Translations under genes and position numbers: made by a program
Source: Octopus vulgaris
Taxonomy: Eukaryota
Length of the DNA stretch: 64,000 nt
Assembly (NCBI GenBank): GCA_951406725.2
Contig: OX597816.1
Location: 74,090,001 to 74,154,000 of the forward strand
Reading direction: 5' to 3'
Shown: one piece after another, positions 13,632 to 27,537 of the stretch
Layout of the letters: the number at the start of each line of letters is the position of its first letter
How positions within the stretch are numbered: the stretch's first letter is position 1
Notes under the pieces: generated by a model
Seen by the model: only the letters and a program-made list of their open reading frames with translations
What the model was told of the DNA's origin: nothing
Databases searched by the model: none

Positions 13632-15034
13632 TTCACAGAAGCATGTATATAAAGGTATATCTATATACACATACAAATATATGCATATAAAAATATATTC
13701 ATACACACACAAATGTATATATATAAAGACATATATTTCTCTCTCACTATATATATATATATATATATAGGTAAAGAAATGTGACATCAATTGTGCACAC
13801 ATACAATTATATGCATGTTTGTGCTTCATGTGGGACATTTTCTTTTTCTTCACACAAATGACTAGAATTGGTGTTGAATTGTCATGGAGAAGTAAATTTT
13901 TGCTCTACTCAACCATATTAATATGATAAACAGCAGTAATCAATTAACTAATTAGTTAATTAGTCCTAATATTTTAGAGAACTGTGTGCATTTTAATGTC
14001 CACTTTTCCATGCTTGTCTGGGTTGGGCAGATGTCATTGAGGCATATTTGCTACCACTGGATGCCTTTCCAGTCACCAACCATTACTTGTTTCCAAGTAA
14101 AGTGAAATATTACCCCATAGCCAGACATGTTTTTGCAATATATTGGAAATGAATGACACTGCTTATATGACAGTGACAATCCTTTACAGCTCTCATGCAA
14201 TATGAATCCTAGGAAATATACACATACGTACATATATGAAAGGTGTCTTTCAATTTCCATGTACCAAACCCATTGTAGTAAAAGACACTTGCTTGAGGTT
14301 CCACACAGTGGGACTGAACCCAAAACTGTGTGGTTGGGAAGCAAACTTCTTAACTACACAGCCACACCTGCACCTCTGGTGTTAGACAAAGCTTGTTGTT
14401 GTTGCGTAGCCCTAGGTCAGTTGTGATCGAGCAGAACTATAATCAAAGATATTCCAGCCATAACCATCCTGTCTTTTTAAAGAGTGTCTCAGACAACATT
14501 GTCCTGCTGAGACAGTAGAGAAATTTGACTGGTCTTTCTAGTTAATCAATTAGCTACCTTGCTAGTGGTTCATGGGATTACCCTAAGAGGGACATGCTAT
14601 GAAGGGGGGGGGGGCGAAAGAGGGGGAAGGGGTGGAAAAGTAGGGGGATGGAGAGGAGTGGAGGTGGAGGGAGGAGAAGAAGAAGAAAAGGAAGAAGTGT
14701 AGAGGAAAAATAGTAGAAAACAATGAAACTTTGCTGCAGGCCCTGTTTTCTCAAATGTTTATTTATCCCAGAACCAGGATCTAGGAGAGGAAATTTGGAT
14801 TAATCAAACACTAATTTCAAATTTTGGCACAAGGCTAACAATTTCAAGGATGAGGGGAAGTTGTTTTAAATCAGTTACATCAACCCCAGGGCTCAACTGG
14901 TCCTTATTTTATCAACCTTGAATGAATGAAAGGTAAAGCCAACCTTGGCGGAATTTGAACTCAGTACGTAAAGCCAAATGAAGTGTTGCAAAGCATTCTG
15001 CCCACCGTGCAGACCATTCTGCTGGCTCACTCCC

Positions 15035-15422
15035 GAAGTGGCTGTGTGGTAAGTAGCTTGCTTACCAACCACATGGTTCCGGGTTCAGTCCCACTGCATG
15101 GCACCTTGGGCAAGTGTCTTCTACTATAGCCTCAGGCCGACCAAAGCCTTGTGAATGGATTTGGTAGACAGAAACTGAAAGAAGCCCGTTGTATGTATAT
15201 ATATATATGTATATGTATGTGTTTGTGTGTCTGTGTTTGTCCCCCCCAACATTGCTTGACAACCGATGCTGGTGTGTTTATGTCCCCGTCACCTAGTGGT
15301 TTGGCAAGAGATCGATAGAATAAGTACTAGGCTTACAATAAGTCTTGGAGTCGATTTGTTTGACTAAAGTCGGTGCTCCAGGATGGCCGCAGTCACTGAA
15401 ACAAATAGAAGAATAAAAGAAT
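15035..15422 (+). mobile_element. Abundant SINE (GTGGCTGTGTGGTAAG head, internal microsatellite, AGACTGAAACAAG-type tail), representative copy
   Basis: Near-identical copies at ~4150-4535(-), 7550-7915, 53220-53632, 54335-54700(-) and others. Confidence 0.85.
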
Positions 15423-15845
15423 AACTACTAATTGTCAAAATGGTTTAACATTAATCTCAACCCTTCAAGAAGGTCTGTTGTCCCCAGGACAACGCTGATC
15501 AAACTGAGCTAAGATCAAGAGCATTCCTGCCATGACTATCATGTCTTTTCAGCAGTATCTAGGACTACATTATTTAATGTGACCTTTTTATTTTCAAGAT
15601 GATAGAGTGTGATTTGAAGGAGCTCTGGCTGCTATTTCTAGGAAGTAGAGTGACCACAGAAGCTCCCCGTTGTTGTTGAGTCTTCTTGGTCAGCTCAGCT
15701 TGACCAAACACCAGACTGAGGATTTGAGAAGAATATAGTTCAACATGGTTCAACAAAGCTGTAGAACAGTATTTCCAGCCATGGCAACCCAGTCAATATT
15801 ACATGTTGATCAAAGAATGTAAAATTTAAAACCAAATGGCTTCCA

Positions 15846-15893
15846 TTTTCAAGTCAGTGGAAATATTTTCATTGAGCAAGAATATAATTTTTC

Positions 15894-15943
<50 letters not shown>

Positions 15944-16085
15944 GGGTGTTTATTTAACAATCCAACACATTACTGTTTTCTTCAAGTCAGTGGAAATATT
16001 TTCATTGAGCAAGAATATCATTTTTCTCTTTCTGTGTGTGTGTGTTGGGTGTTTATTTAACAATCCAACACATTACTGTTTTCTT
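15846..16085. repeat. Local tandem duplication, two copies with different (GT)n lengths
   Basis: TTCAAGTCAGTGGAAATATTTTCATTGAGCAAGAATA..(GT)n..TTGGGTGTTTATTTAACAATCCAACACATTACTGTTTTCTTC occurs twice. Confidence 0.92.
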
Positions 16086-17703
16086 CTCACAGGCCTCTTG
16101 AAAACACACACACACACATATATATATATAGGTATGTGTGTGTGTGTGAGAGACAGTGCTTAAACAGTGATGTGCATAACAACAAGCTTGTCACCAGTTA
16201 AAATATGCTTGATGATTATTCAAGCCTTTAAGGTCATTCATTGAAAACTGGAGAAAATGTCTCATTGAAGACAAATAGCTGTAAATACACCAAGTCAGCT
16301 CACAGCAACCCCTAACCATACTATGGCATGCATGCATTTCAGAGTGGTTATCACCTCTTCAGCAGCAGACACTGGAAATATATGCATTCATTCAACAGTG
16401 TGGTTAGGTGGTTTTACATCTATTTATAAACAGTGAGAAATCATCTCCGCAACAAAATGCAGTGAATGATTTTCATCCAGGTTTGAATATGTTCAAAACA
16501 TATTTGAACTGGTAACACACACACACATGCACATATACGAGAGACTTCCACACAGTTTCTGTCTACCAAATTCACTCACAAGGTATTGGTCAGCCCAGGG
16601 CTATAGTAGAAGATACCTTCCCAAGATGCTGTGTAATAGGATTGATCTCAAAATCACATGGTTACAAAGCAAACTTCTTAAGCACACACACACACGAGTG
16701 TGTATGTGTCCATACACGCATTGCATTTGGCTAGCAGATAGTCAAAAGGTCAGAGTGGACAGAATCTACCAGAGTACAAATACATTTACTAAGTATGTTT
16801 TGACCCTGGGGGAGTAAAAGAAACAGCTGTACCCAGAAGAATTCGAACTGGACCAATATTTGATTTAAAAAATTCTTGTTCCAGTCCTCTTAGTGATTTT
16901 TGTTAATTACCCTCTTTTATTAATTTCAATATTTATTATTTAGTTGGAATGTCAAGGAAGAGAGCTATGTAAAAAATTAAAATAATAATAAAATAATATA
17001 AATAAAATCTTCCAAATTGCATATCTTAATGCACAAAGGGGGCAAGTTTTGAGAGAGTAAAAGGAATGATAGTAAATAAAGCCCAGCATATGACTGGTAT
17101 TTTATGTATTTTATCAACCCTTGATGGATGAAAGGTAAAGTTGGCACCAATGAGATATTGAACTCAAACTGTCAATGGACAAAAATGATATTCTTATAAA
17201 ATATTTCTTGACAGTTTCTGTCAATTTACCATTTTCATCTTTTAGAAATCATCAGCTTTTGTTTATTTGTAAAATATTTTAAAATAATTGGAAAAAAAAA
17301 ATTATATTTGTTTACTCCCCATGAGGAAATAATAAATTGATTGAGATCAAGAATGAATTCAAATTACATTATATAGAATAAGGAATCTGGTTAGTTCTCA
17401 ACCGATAATGCAAAGATGGTAGGGATGAGAAAAGAAGAAGGGAAGGAAGGGTAGATTTCTATAGAGTTTAGTAGATAAAAGATACCTCATTACTCTGGTA
17501 CACTGGCTAAGTCACTAGAGCCTATGAGTTGTAACTTCCCCACCTGAAGTGAATAGATTTCAGGGGTTATTTAAAAAACACAACAAATGCTTGTGAGACA
17601 AAGCAGAAGTAATGAGGGTTAACAAGTTGTGAATTATTTGTTACTTTGAACTACATACACTCTGCCATTTCATCTTTACTATTTCAACAAAAATAATGTT
17701 TAA

Positions 17704-17922
17704 CCCATTAGCATTTAAACCGGCCATATCCGGCCCAAATATTCCACCCGTTTTATGTTCAGACCAGCCAGATCTGACCTCTCACATGTACCCTTAAATG
17801 TCATTCTAAAAACAATCAATCACATCATTGAAATCTCGAAGCTATGAGATAAGCCATGATTAAATCAAAACAATGTGAATAAATAAGCATTATTTTGATA
17901 GAATAATCTGAATACTAAAGGG
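17704..17922. mobile_element. piggyBac-like MITE
   Basis: TTAA|CCCATTAGCATT ... AATACTAAAGGG|TTAA; related reversed copy near 59395-59622. Confidence 0.7.
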
Positions 17923-18130
17923 TTAAATAGTTTGATAGAAGAGACAGGTGGACAGAGGAAAGGGTGGAGTACCAGAAATATAAAACATTTTTAGGCTTAG
18001 TGGGATTTGATGAAGATTGTTTATATCTATCTATCTTTCTATCTATCTACTATATATATATATATCATGCTAGCATGGAGAACGGACGTTAAACGATGAT
18101 GATGATTTATATATATATCTATATATATAT

Positions 18131-18224
<94 letters not shown>

Positions 18225-19689
18225 TTCTTTAATTGATGATTATACTGTACGTTACTGATGATCATTTCTATTATTTAAAACAGTTTGGTTCAGCCCCATG
18301 TGACTTAAAGTTTTGTAGGTTTCTTACAGAAATCTAGTTTGTCAGGCTTAATTGACTGAATGAAGAGATATGTGTGTGTATACCTGTCAATACATACGCA
18401 TATATATATGTGTATATATATATGTAGTAGCTGTAGTAAATCAACTGATAAAGTTGTTAAATTGACTCCTTCATTAAGGACTCAGTAACCAGGGCTTCAT
18501 TTTTTTAGGATCTTCAAGATGTAGTGGGGCAGGGAGGAAGAGACATTACCTTCAGTCCAAAGATCTATCCCAAAAACTTTCATCTCATCACACTTCACGA
18601 AAGGTACTTACAGACCAAGTGGAGGTGTTAAATCAGTCCCTACACTAAGGGTACCACCTAAAAACACAGGAAAGTTCTTTCAAGCAGACTTCCACACCTT
18701 TTCAGTCTACCCAGCTTCATTGATAAGGCTTTGGGTCAACTAGAGGCTATGATAGAAGACACAAGGTGCTTCACAGTGGGATGGAACCTGAAACTATTTA
18801 GTTGGAAAGCAAGCTTCTTAACTACGGAGCGACAACTCCAGCCCATATAGATTCCATTTCAAAAAGCAGAATTTGCTCTACAGTCAGCAGATGTCTTAGA
18901 CAGAACCGATTACAACACTCAATGAGTCTTGGATCTGGAGCACCTTAACCATCCAGGGAAGTTGCAATGCAGACAACAGCACAGAATGTGGCAGCAGAGG
19001 CATCCAGGTGTCATGACCTGATTGCCACCAGGCCCTCTTTGAGTGTACGAAGTTAAGGCCTGAAACATTTGCCTCAGGTGGGGGCTTCTCGGAAGACCTG
19101 CTAGTCAGCTCTCCTTAGAGCCTCTTACTACCATTAAGATAAAAAATTGATCAGAAATGTCTCATTGTTATTTGATCTCTGACCATCCTGATTTCTAGAA
19201 TTTTGCCCAATTATCATAAAAAGTATAAAGAATTAAAAATATCATACTCTTTTAGGGAGCTTGGTATATCATAGCTTAATGAATGTTAGTACTGTTGAAA
19301 ATAGAAACTAACAGCCTCCCAATGTTATTTCCTGGTCCCTTAAAAAAATAGATTCCAGGAAGGAAAAAAAGTAAAAGGATTTGGGGACAATTTACTTTTA
19401 AATTGTAAATGGAGTTTGAAGTAGAAGCAATATTTTTGGTACATCACAAACTTTTGTAGATTAAATATAATATGAAATTAGGAACAGATTCTGTGATGAT
19501 TTTTAATGTTTTTTTTTTAAGTACAAACATAGATATACACAGGGATCATATTTGAGGGACTGATGTCAGAGGAAACTATTTAGAAAACTATTTTTTCATG
19601 GCTGGATTTTTAAGAGTGAGAAGAACTAATAATTATACTACTGAGATGATCACAGGTGAGGATAGACTGGAAACTGAACTGTAGGTAGC

Positions 19690-20200
19690 GAGTTTGGCTT
19701 CTTGGATTAAAATTGCCTCTTTTGACGATCAGGTGCTGGAGTGGGTGCATTGCTATGCCAGCACCTGTAATTCTAGCGTCCGATTTCAGCCTCCTGCTTC
19801 CCAACATTCAGGAATATGATCCCAAAATGCTTAAACTGTTCCACTTGCTTTGGTGATGTTCCATTAACATGCAAAGCACATTGAGAAGACATTCTTGAGA
19901 GGACCAATGTCTCAATTTTCACAACATTCTTTTTCATCCCTGCTTTGCAGCACTCAAATATTTCTTTGCATTGAGAGGTCACAGCTCCAGTATTATGGAG
20001 ATGTGATTAGAATGTCACAGGAAAAAATTGCAAAATGGATTCTTCAAGCTGAGCCAAACAACAGAAGATCAAATGGTAGACCAAGAATGAGATGGTTCAA
20101 ATTGGTCATGCTTAGGAATCCAGGCAGAAAGTATAATGACAGTTGCCTCCAATAGGACTCTATGGAGGAGGTGCATAAGAATTTTTTGCCTTGCAACTCT
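19690..20200. mobile_element. Degraded RTE LINE with inverted 5' segment
   Basis: Minus strand 19920-19690 KIETLVLSR..LHVNG..KQVEQFKHFG..DARI; plus strand 19950-20200 IERSQLQYYGDVIRM...RRSNGRPRMRW. Confidence 0.75.
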
Positions 20201-21361
20201 TCCAGGAATTGTGGACCGAGAAAAACAGGTTGTTTATTGAGATGTTATAGAGACTGAGAGCCACATATGTGGACTTGAAATGGGATCAAATGACATTCAT
20301 GACTTTCCTAAATTAACATAGACATGAAGGAAAATTCTACAATTAAGAATAAAACCTGTGTATAAAACCTTGGTATGAGGTTAGAGTGACCATGTGTCTA
20401 ACAGTTTAGTGACCATATCTTTCATGTTATGGTAGCCAAACCATTGGGGTTAGAGTGACCAAGCTTAGGTTAAAATAGCCATACCTCTTAAAGTAAAGTG
20501 ACCATACCAGAGGTTACAGAGAGCATATTTCAGGTTGTACGTTATAGTTATAGCTGTCAGGTTATAGTGACCAACACAACTGAGATTACTCACAAGAATT
20601 GGTTTAGGGATATCTGAAGGACCAGTTTAACAGACCAAAGAAGAGGGGAGAAAGAGATGATGAGGATGATAAGGAAGAGGAGGTGAGAAGCCATTATCTG
20701 ATTCCTTTGTTCTATATAAAGTTTTAACTTAGAAAGAAAGAAAAAACAAAAATATAATTTGATATGGATTTTGAGTAAGAATATGGAATGGTAATAAATG
20801 GCACCACAAGATGCAATATAGCTTTTTTCTTTTTTTTTCTTTTTTTTGTATATTTTTTAAACATATTTACAAAAAGAAAACAAGAATAAAAATATTTTCA
20901 AATAATGTCAATAACAGACGAAGAGTTGGATGCCATTGTTAAAATTTTGAATAGATAATATATACATACATATATAGTCATAAATGACAGAGAAATATAT
21001 ATATATATATATTTGTGAGTGCATGTGTGTATATAAATATATATATATGTATTTGTTAATATTTGTTTTCTATGTTCAGTAATAATAAAAACAATTTTAC
21101 GTTAATCTGGAGGGTTACTCTATATTTCTGTAGGGTAAAAATTTATTATTCTTAAGCAACAATATTATTGATAGTGACTTCAAAGTCACTATCAATGATA
21201 TTCTTCTTTAAGAACGATATGTGTATTTGTATATTTATGTATACACATGTATATATGCATATATATACGTATATATGCATATATATATGCATATATATGC
21301 ATATATATATATATATATATGCATATATATGCATATATATATATATATATATGCATATATA

Positions 21362-21406
<45 letters not shown>

Positions 21407-21657
21407 GTATATATATGCATATATATATAAAAAACATACATATATATATCCATAATATATATACATATATCAAAAAACATTTATATATATATATATATAT
21501 ATATACGGCCTGTCAAGAATGTGGAGAGGAAACCATTTCATAAATTGATTGATTGATTAATTAATTCATTATTGAATGGTTTTATATAAATTTGAATGTA
21601 CAAACCAATGTATAGTGATGAAACAGGTCCTCTTGAAATGATGGTAACTTAATCTTC

Positions 21658-21703
<46 letters not shown>

Positions 21704-21906
21704 TATATATACATATATATATATACATACATTTATATATATATATACACTCACATATATATACATATATACACACACACACACACACATATATAACAGA
21801 AACAGCTAAATTTCAAGAGTACTCCCCAGCAGGATGAAAGGTAATGTGGAAAATTGCTCTCCAAGGCACTCATTATCTTATAAACAGACAGTACACACAC
21901 ACACAT

Positions 21907-21955
<49 letters not shown>

Positions 21956-22262
21956 CTTGTTTGCATCTATGCATGCATTCATTCATTTGTTTCGACATTT
22001 GGTTTTCCATTCTATCATGAGTTAAATGAATATAGTATAAAAGGCATTGTTTTAAAACCAGATGCCCTTCCTGTTTTGTTGACCCTTAACAAATGAGGGG
22101 TCTCTTATTTCACAGGTCTTTTAAGGTACAAAGCCTGCGGATGATTCGTTGACAGGGGAAATGACAACAATGTCACCAACAGTTGGTGAGCATTTATTGG
22201 AGCAATGCAAATGTAAGTGAACACACAAACACATATATGTATGTATGTGTGTGTTTGTGTAA

Positions 22263-22303
<41 letters not shown>

Positions 22304-22595
22304 CACACTTACATGTATATCTATATCTCTCTTTGTATATATGTATACATGTGTATGTATATATATCTATATATCTATATATATACACATATACATACAC
22401 ACTTACATGTATATATACATGCATGTATATCTATATCACTCTTTGTAGATATGTATATATGTGTATGTGTGTATATATATACATACACATGTATACATAT
22501 ATACATGTATATGTATATATGCATGTATATCTATATCAATCTTTGTATATATGTATGTATATGTGTGTGTGTATGTATAGTATATATATGTGTGC

Positions 22596-22644
<49 letters not shown>

Positions 22645-23200
22645 TATGTATATACACACACACACATATCATCATTTAACACCCAACTTCCATGCTGGGA
22701 TGGGTTGCACTATATTTGCATATATATGCATATCGATATGTTCATGTATAATGTGTGCATGTATATAACTACATATATAATGACATATATGTGTGTGTGT
22801 GTGTGTGTGTGCATGTGTGTGTATGTATGTACATTGCTTTTTTTCTTATATTCTTTTTTCATTTTTTAGTGAATAAAATTTCCAGATCATAGATAACAGT
22901 CAACTCTTAAAAATATTACATAGATCATCAACGACAATTTCTCGTTTTCACAACTCTCATGGTTCGTTAATTAACCAAGACGTTAAAGTAACCAAGACTG
23001 AAACAGAGATGGGAGTGGGGTGGGGCAGGGGATGGGCATACGGAATACAATTTTTTTTTTGTTTATATTTTGTCATATTTCATTAGTTTTGCTTTTTAAA
23101 TGCGAGTGGTATATAAGGATGGTTTCTGAAATGTCTTGGTTGCCTGAAGGAGAAATAAAGTTTTTAGAGTTAGAATCTTTCACATGAAAAAACATTAACA

Positions 23201-23359
23201 TTATGCCATAAACAGCTCTATGTATCGGTTGCCAATGTTGTTTCGATTCCGTTCAGTAATGGCTCGCTCAGCTTCACAACGAGAACCAAAAGTGATGAGT
23301 GCATCACCGTTGGGGCGGCCATCTGTGTTTTGTTGGATCTGTACTGATTCTGGTGACAC
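23201..23359 (-). CDS. ESRP: ESRP terminal coding exon H (second half of qRRM4, stop)
   Basis: attgcag|GTGTCA...ATGGCATAA; VSPESVQIQQNTDGRPNGDALITFGSRCEAERAITERNRNNIGNRYIELFMA*; in frame with exon G. Confidence 0.93.
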   Translation of the reverse strand: MSPESVQIQQNTDGRPNGDALITFGSRCEAERAITERNRNNIGNRYIELFMA

Positions 23360-23592
23360 CTGCAATTCCAGAAAATGAAGATCGTTAACAATAAGGACTT
23401 GAATGGAAAGAATCTAAATGAATACCACTTAATACAAAATAAGATTACTTTATTTTTATTATTATTATTTTGTTTTGTTTTGCTTAAAAAATGTTAGAAT
23501 GGACAAAAATTTACTTTGAAGAACAGAAAAAGCTTCACTACACCCAAGAAGCATGCAAAGCAAGCAAGTTGTAATAGAAGTGTGACATGTAC

Positions 23593-23616
23593 CTGTGAGT
23601 TTCTTGACGAACTCTG
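23593..23616 (-). other. Candidate 24-nt in-frame alternative microexon (QSSSRNSQ) between exons G and H
   Basis: tttctcttttaattttggttcttgtag|CAGAGTTCGTCAAGAAACTCACAG|gtacat; phase 0/0; TGCATG and TGCT repeats 25-45 nt downstream. Confidence 0.55.
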
Positions 23617-24560
23617 CTACAAGAACCAAAATTAAAAGAGAAACAGCTGTAACATTTTTAAGGGTTGGAAAACAAAAGAAATAAGAAGAATTCAGACACT
23701 TTACAATCCTTCACCAAGCCAGCATCATTTTTTCGTTTTGTTTTGGGTTTTTTTTATACATTAAAAAAAGAATTGTCTCAAAGTGAAAAATTTTACAAAA
23801 TATATTTGTTCCTAAAATTATGCCAAGTTGGCTGATTAAAACCAACTGAGGTTCTTAATCAGCCTAGGTTAATCCCAATGAAATATTAAACCACCTGGAT
23901 ATTAGGATTAGTTTGTTTCATCCCTTGTAAGTTAACAGCCGTACAGATATAATTTTATTGAAATGAAAAAAAAAAAACATCAATTAAAAATAATTGGGCA
24001 GTGGGTGGGGGTCACCCTGAAGAAATAATTAGTGAGGTCACCCAAAAGATATGATTTAGTGGAGCAGGGGGTCACCAGAGGTAAGTTTTGTTGAGAAACT
24101 ATTGTTTGTTTCAGTAGAATTTTCCCCACAAAAGCAAAAATTTTTAAATAGAAAATAAAATGAAGCAGAATTTTATTGGACTTCTCATTGAGTGTATGTG
24201 CATATCTAACTGGGACCACATTGGTTACAACAATAAAAAGTCCAATTGATCTGATCAAAGGAACAGCCTGCTCATGAAATTAACGTGCAACTGGCTGAGC
24301 ACTCCACAGACACATGTACCCTTAACATAGTTCTCAAGGAGATTCAGTGCGAGACAAAATGTGACAAGGCTGGCCCCTTAGAATTACAAGTACAACTCAT
24401 GTCTGTGAACAGAATGTACTGGAACATGAAATAAAGTGTCTTGTTCACAGATACCACTGGGAATTGAACTCACAGCCTTATGATTGTGAGCCAAATACCC
24501 TAACTGTTAATCCACGCACCCTCTCTAGCAACGTGCATGTATACATTGGAGGTAGATATA

Positions 24561-24793
24561 CAGGGTTGGCCAAAAGTCACCCGACAGTAAATCGAAATTC
24601 CATAAATACTACCTGTATTTCTGTATTGATTCTAATAGAAAAAATGCGTCGCTCAAGAAGGACTTCAGTTTGAACAATTCCCATGATGTTTCTTATTTGG
24701 ATGCTTTTATTAAATTCATTCAGTTGTTAAACATAAAAAATCTTGGAATTAAATGGCTTTGATTTACTGTCAGGTGACTTTTGGCCAACCCTG
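24561..24793. mobile_element. Tc1/mariner-type MITE (233 bp)
   Basis: TA|CAGGGTTGGCCAAAAGTCACCCGACAGTAAATC ... GATTTACTGTCAGGTGACTTTTGGCCAACCCTG|TA; TIRs with TA TSD. Confidence 0.9.
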
Positions 24794-24870
24794 TACATTG
24801 CAGTCTTTTCAGAATAGAAAATAGTAAAGGAGTAGAGAAGCATGCTGTTTTAGAAATGAGTGGCACTTAC

Positions 24871-25145
24871 CTCAGGGAATCCTTGGAAGAAGTTGACAAT
24901 ATCTTGGACAGATGAGTTATAGGGAAGACCTCTCATTACAACAACAGATGGACCATTTTGAGCATAGTAGGTCTGTGGGGAAACGGGTGGACTTGGGTAC
25001 CAGTAAAAGACAGGAGGATAATATGAAGGTCGTGGAGGCAAGTGTGCCAAAGTTGGATGGGGAAAAGAAGGTACAGTTTGTGGAATATGACTGTAAGGAA
25101 TTGCTCCTGTAAGTGCATTTGGTGTTGGAATGAGAGAAGTGCCAT
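24871..25145 (-). CDS. ESRP: ESRP exon G (Pro-rich region, YPSPPVSP motif, first half of qRRM4)
   Basis: ttttctag|ATGGC...CCTGAG|gtaag; 275 nt; contains WYPSPPVSP and VVVMRGLPYNSSVQDIVNFFQGF, matching the ESRP C-terminal motifs. Confidence 0.94.
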
Positions 25146-25431
25146 CTAGAAAAAAAAACATACAAAAAAAATGGTTCAGGAGTGAGATAAAATTCAAGGT
25201 AAGACTATAAGGATGGAGAGGAAGGAAGTGAAGAATATGGTATCTGAGACATTGATTGTAAAAGACTTTCTAACAAGAGCCTTTAGAGCAGTGATTCTCA
25301 ACCATATTTTGCCTTTGGACCAATTTGATTCCTGTTCTACTCTACTGGACCCTCACAGCTATTCGATGTTTAAAAAATTTCCATTATATTTTGTTAGAAT
25401 TAAATATTATTATAAATTGTAAAAAAAAATT

Positions 25432-25618
25432 CAGTTCTATATTTGAAAGATGAGGAATTATGTACATTATTTATGTTATTTACATTTGATGGATATTTGT
25501 CCTCATCTTGTTTGCTGTTAACACTACTTTTTGGCTGATGTACTCTCCAGCCTTCATCAAGTGTCCTGGGGGAATTTCGAACCTGGATTTTCATTCCTAA
25601 GGTACTTTTCTGATGTTG

Positions 25619-25661
<43 letters not shown>

Positions 25662-26025
25662 CATTATTATCATTATTCAAGTCATAGCCTGGAATCAAAC
25701 TTGGAATCTTGGGGTCAGTAGCCCATGCTCTTAACCACTACACCCTTGGGGTTAGTAGCCGGCACTCTTAACCACGACACTTATATCTCCACAGGCATAT
25801 GGCGTAGTGGTTAAGAGTATGGGCTACTAATCCCAAGATTCCAAGCAGTAATCTGAACAACGACGACGATGTTGTCGTCATCATCGGAATTATACCTTAG
25901 GAATGAGAACCCTGGTTCAAAAATCCCTCAGGACACCTGATGAAGGCTGGAGGGTATATCAGCCAAAACGTTATGTTAACAACAAAGATGAGGATAAATA
26001 TCTGACAAATGTAAATAATGTAAAT
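25432..26025. mobile_element. Same fold-back element, copy B (ESRP intron F-G)
   Basis: Same arms; A-box-like TGGCGTAGTGG at ~25800; CTGATGAAGGCTG..CAGCC at ~25937. Confidence 0.85.
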
Positions 26026-26554
26026 ACAAAAAAGTGTTAAAGACATTTTGTGTGCTGTAGAAATATAACTGGTTTATTGCACATATTTTTAAACAGCAAA
26101 ATTTTATGTGCGCTGTGGATGAGAAGCACTGCTTTGGGGAGAGGAAATATAAGGAAAATAATGTTAGCTATAGAATACTGGGACTACAAATAATTGTTAC
26201 ATGAAAAGCAAGTCTTCGGTGCTGTTGCTATCCCAAGAGTCCAATCATCTTTGGTTATAAATATCTAATGTATTACATCTGTGTTGGAAATGGACTGCAT
26301 TTGCCAGAATATAAGCTACCCATATTCTATAAGGACATTTTGCGGAAAAAAATAAATCTATTATATATTTTGTTATGCACTAATGGAAATATATTTTAAA
26401 GTGGTTTTTGTAAGGGAAAATGTATGATTCTCTACATGTAAATACAATATTCTGACCGTATACTAAAATAAGGTATGGAATCATAAATTGATCATAAACT
26501 GTTATGAGAGTACTCTGTGTTAACTTTATCTTGTTTCAGATTAACTGTACAGTT

Positions 26555-26978
26555 CAGTTCTATATTTAAGAGATGAGGTATTATGTACATTATTTACATT
26601 TGATGGATATTTATCCTCATCATGTTTGTTAACACGTTTCAACTGATATGCTCTCCAGCCTTCATCAGGTGTCTTGGGGAAATTTCGAACCTGGGTTCTC
26701 ATTCCTAAGGTATTTTTCAATATTATTATTATTATTATTATTATTTTTATTCAGGTCCCTGCTGGGAATCAAACTCGGAATCTTGGGGTTAGTAGCCCAT
26801 GCTCTTAATCACTATGCCATATGCATAATAACATCGAAAAATACCTTAGGAATGAGAACCCAGGTTCAAAATTACCCCAAGACACCTGATGAAGGCTGGA
26901 GGGTATATCAGCCAAAACGTTGTGTTAACAACAAACAAGATGAGGACAAATATCCATCAAATGTAAATAATGTAAATA
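26555..26978. mobile_element. Same fold-back element, copy C (ESRP intron F-G)
   Basis: Inverted arms, right arm 5'-truncated; hammerhead motif 26881-26925. Confidence 0.85.
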
Positions 26979-27311
26979 ATAGAATAATAGAATAAATACC
27001 AGACTTTAAAAAAAATAAAAAAGAAAAGAAATATTAGGGCCAATTCATTCAACTAAGAATTTCTACAAAGTGGTGCTCCAGAATGGCCACAGTCAAATGA
27101 TTGGAACAAGTAAAAGATAAAAGTAAAGAGTAATAATTACTGTTCCTAACAGACCAATTCTCATCTGGCTCCCTATCTATGGCACTGGGTCCCCCATCCT
27201 TATTGCTACAATAGACACTGGGTAATTTTTGAATACATTCAAAATCAAAAACTGCTTCTTATACATCAGGAAATACTGTAATCAAACGATGGTAAAAGTT
27301 CTTTGTCTTAC

Positions 27312-27537
27312 GTGGTGGTGCAAACATTGGACGTGGCATTATGGGAGGATGAGATGGAAGTATGGTTGGAACGCCGTTGGCCAAAACAAGGTTCATATCA
27401 TCTGCAGAGCACTGAATGACATCTATGACGCGCTTCTTGTTGGAAAAAATCATAGGTTTTTTGTGTTTGTTGATGCCTGTCATGTGTGCTGAATCTTCAG
27501 AGTTCATCTGTATGAAAGCTTCTCCAGAAAGTTCACC
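27312..27537 (-). CDS. ESRP: ESRP exon F (second half of qRRM3, start of Pro-rich region)
   Basis: ccttcag|GGTGAA...CCACCAC|gtaag; 226 nt; GELSGEAFIQMNSEDSAHMTGINKHKKPMIFSNKKRVIDVIQCSADDMNLVLANG...FAPP. Confidence 0.94.

Noticed and set aside
14395-14480. Repeat with GGGCTAAAC end, considered as HDV-like ribozyme or 5S-derived
   Set aside because: Could not assemble the nested double pseudoknot or a colinear 5S match by eye.
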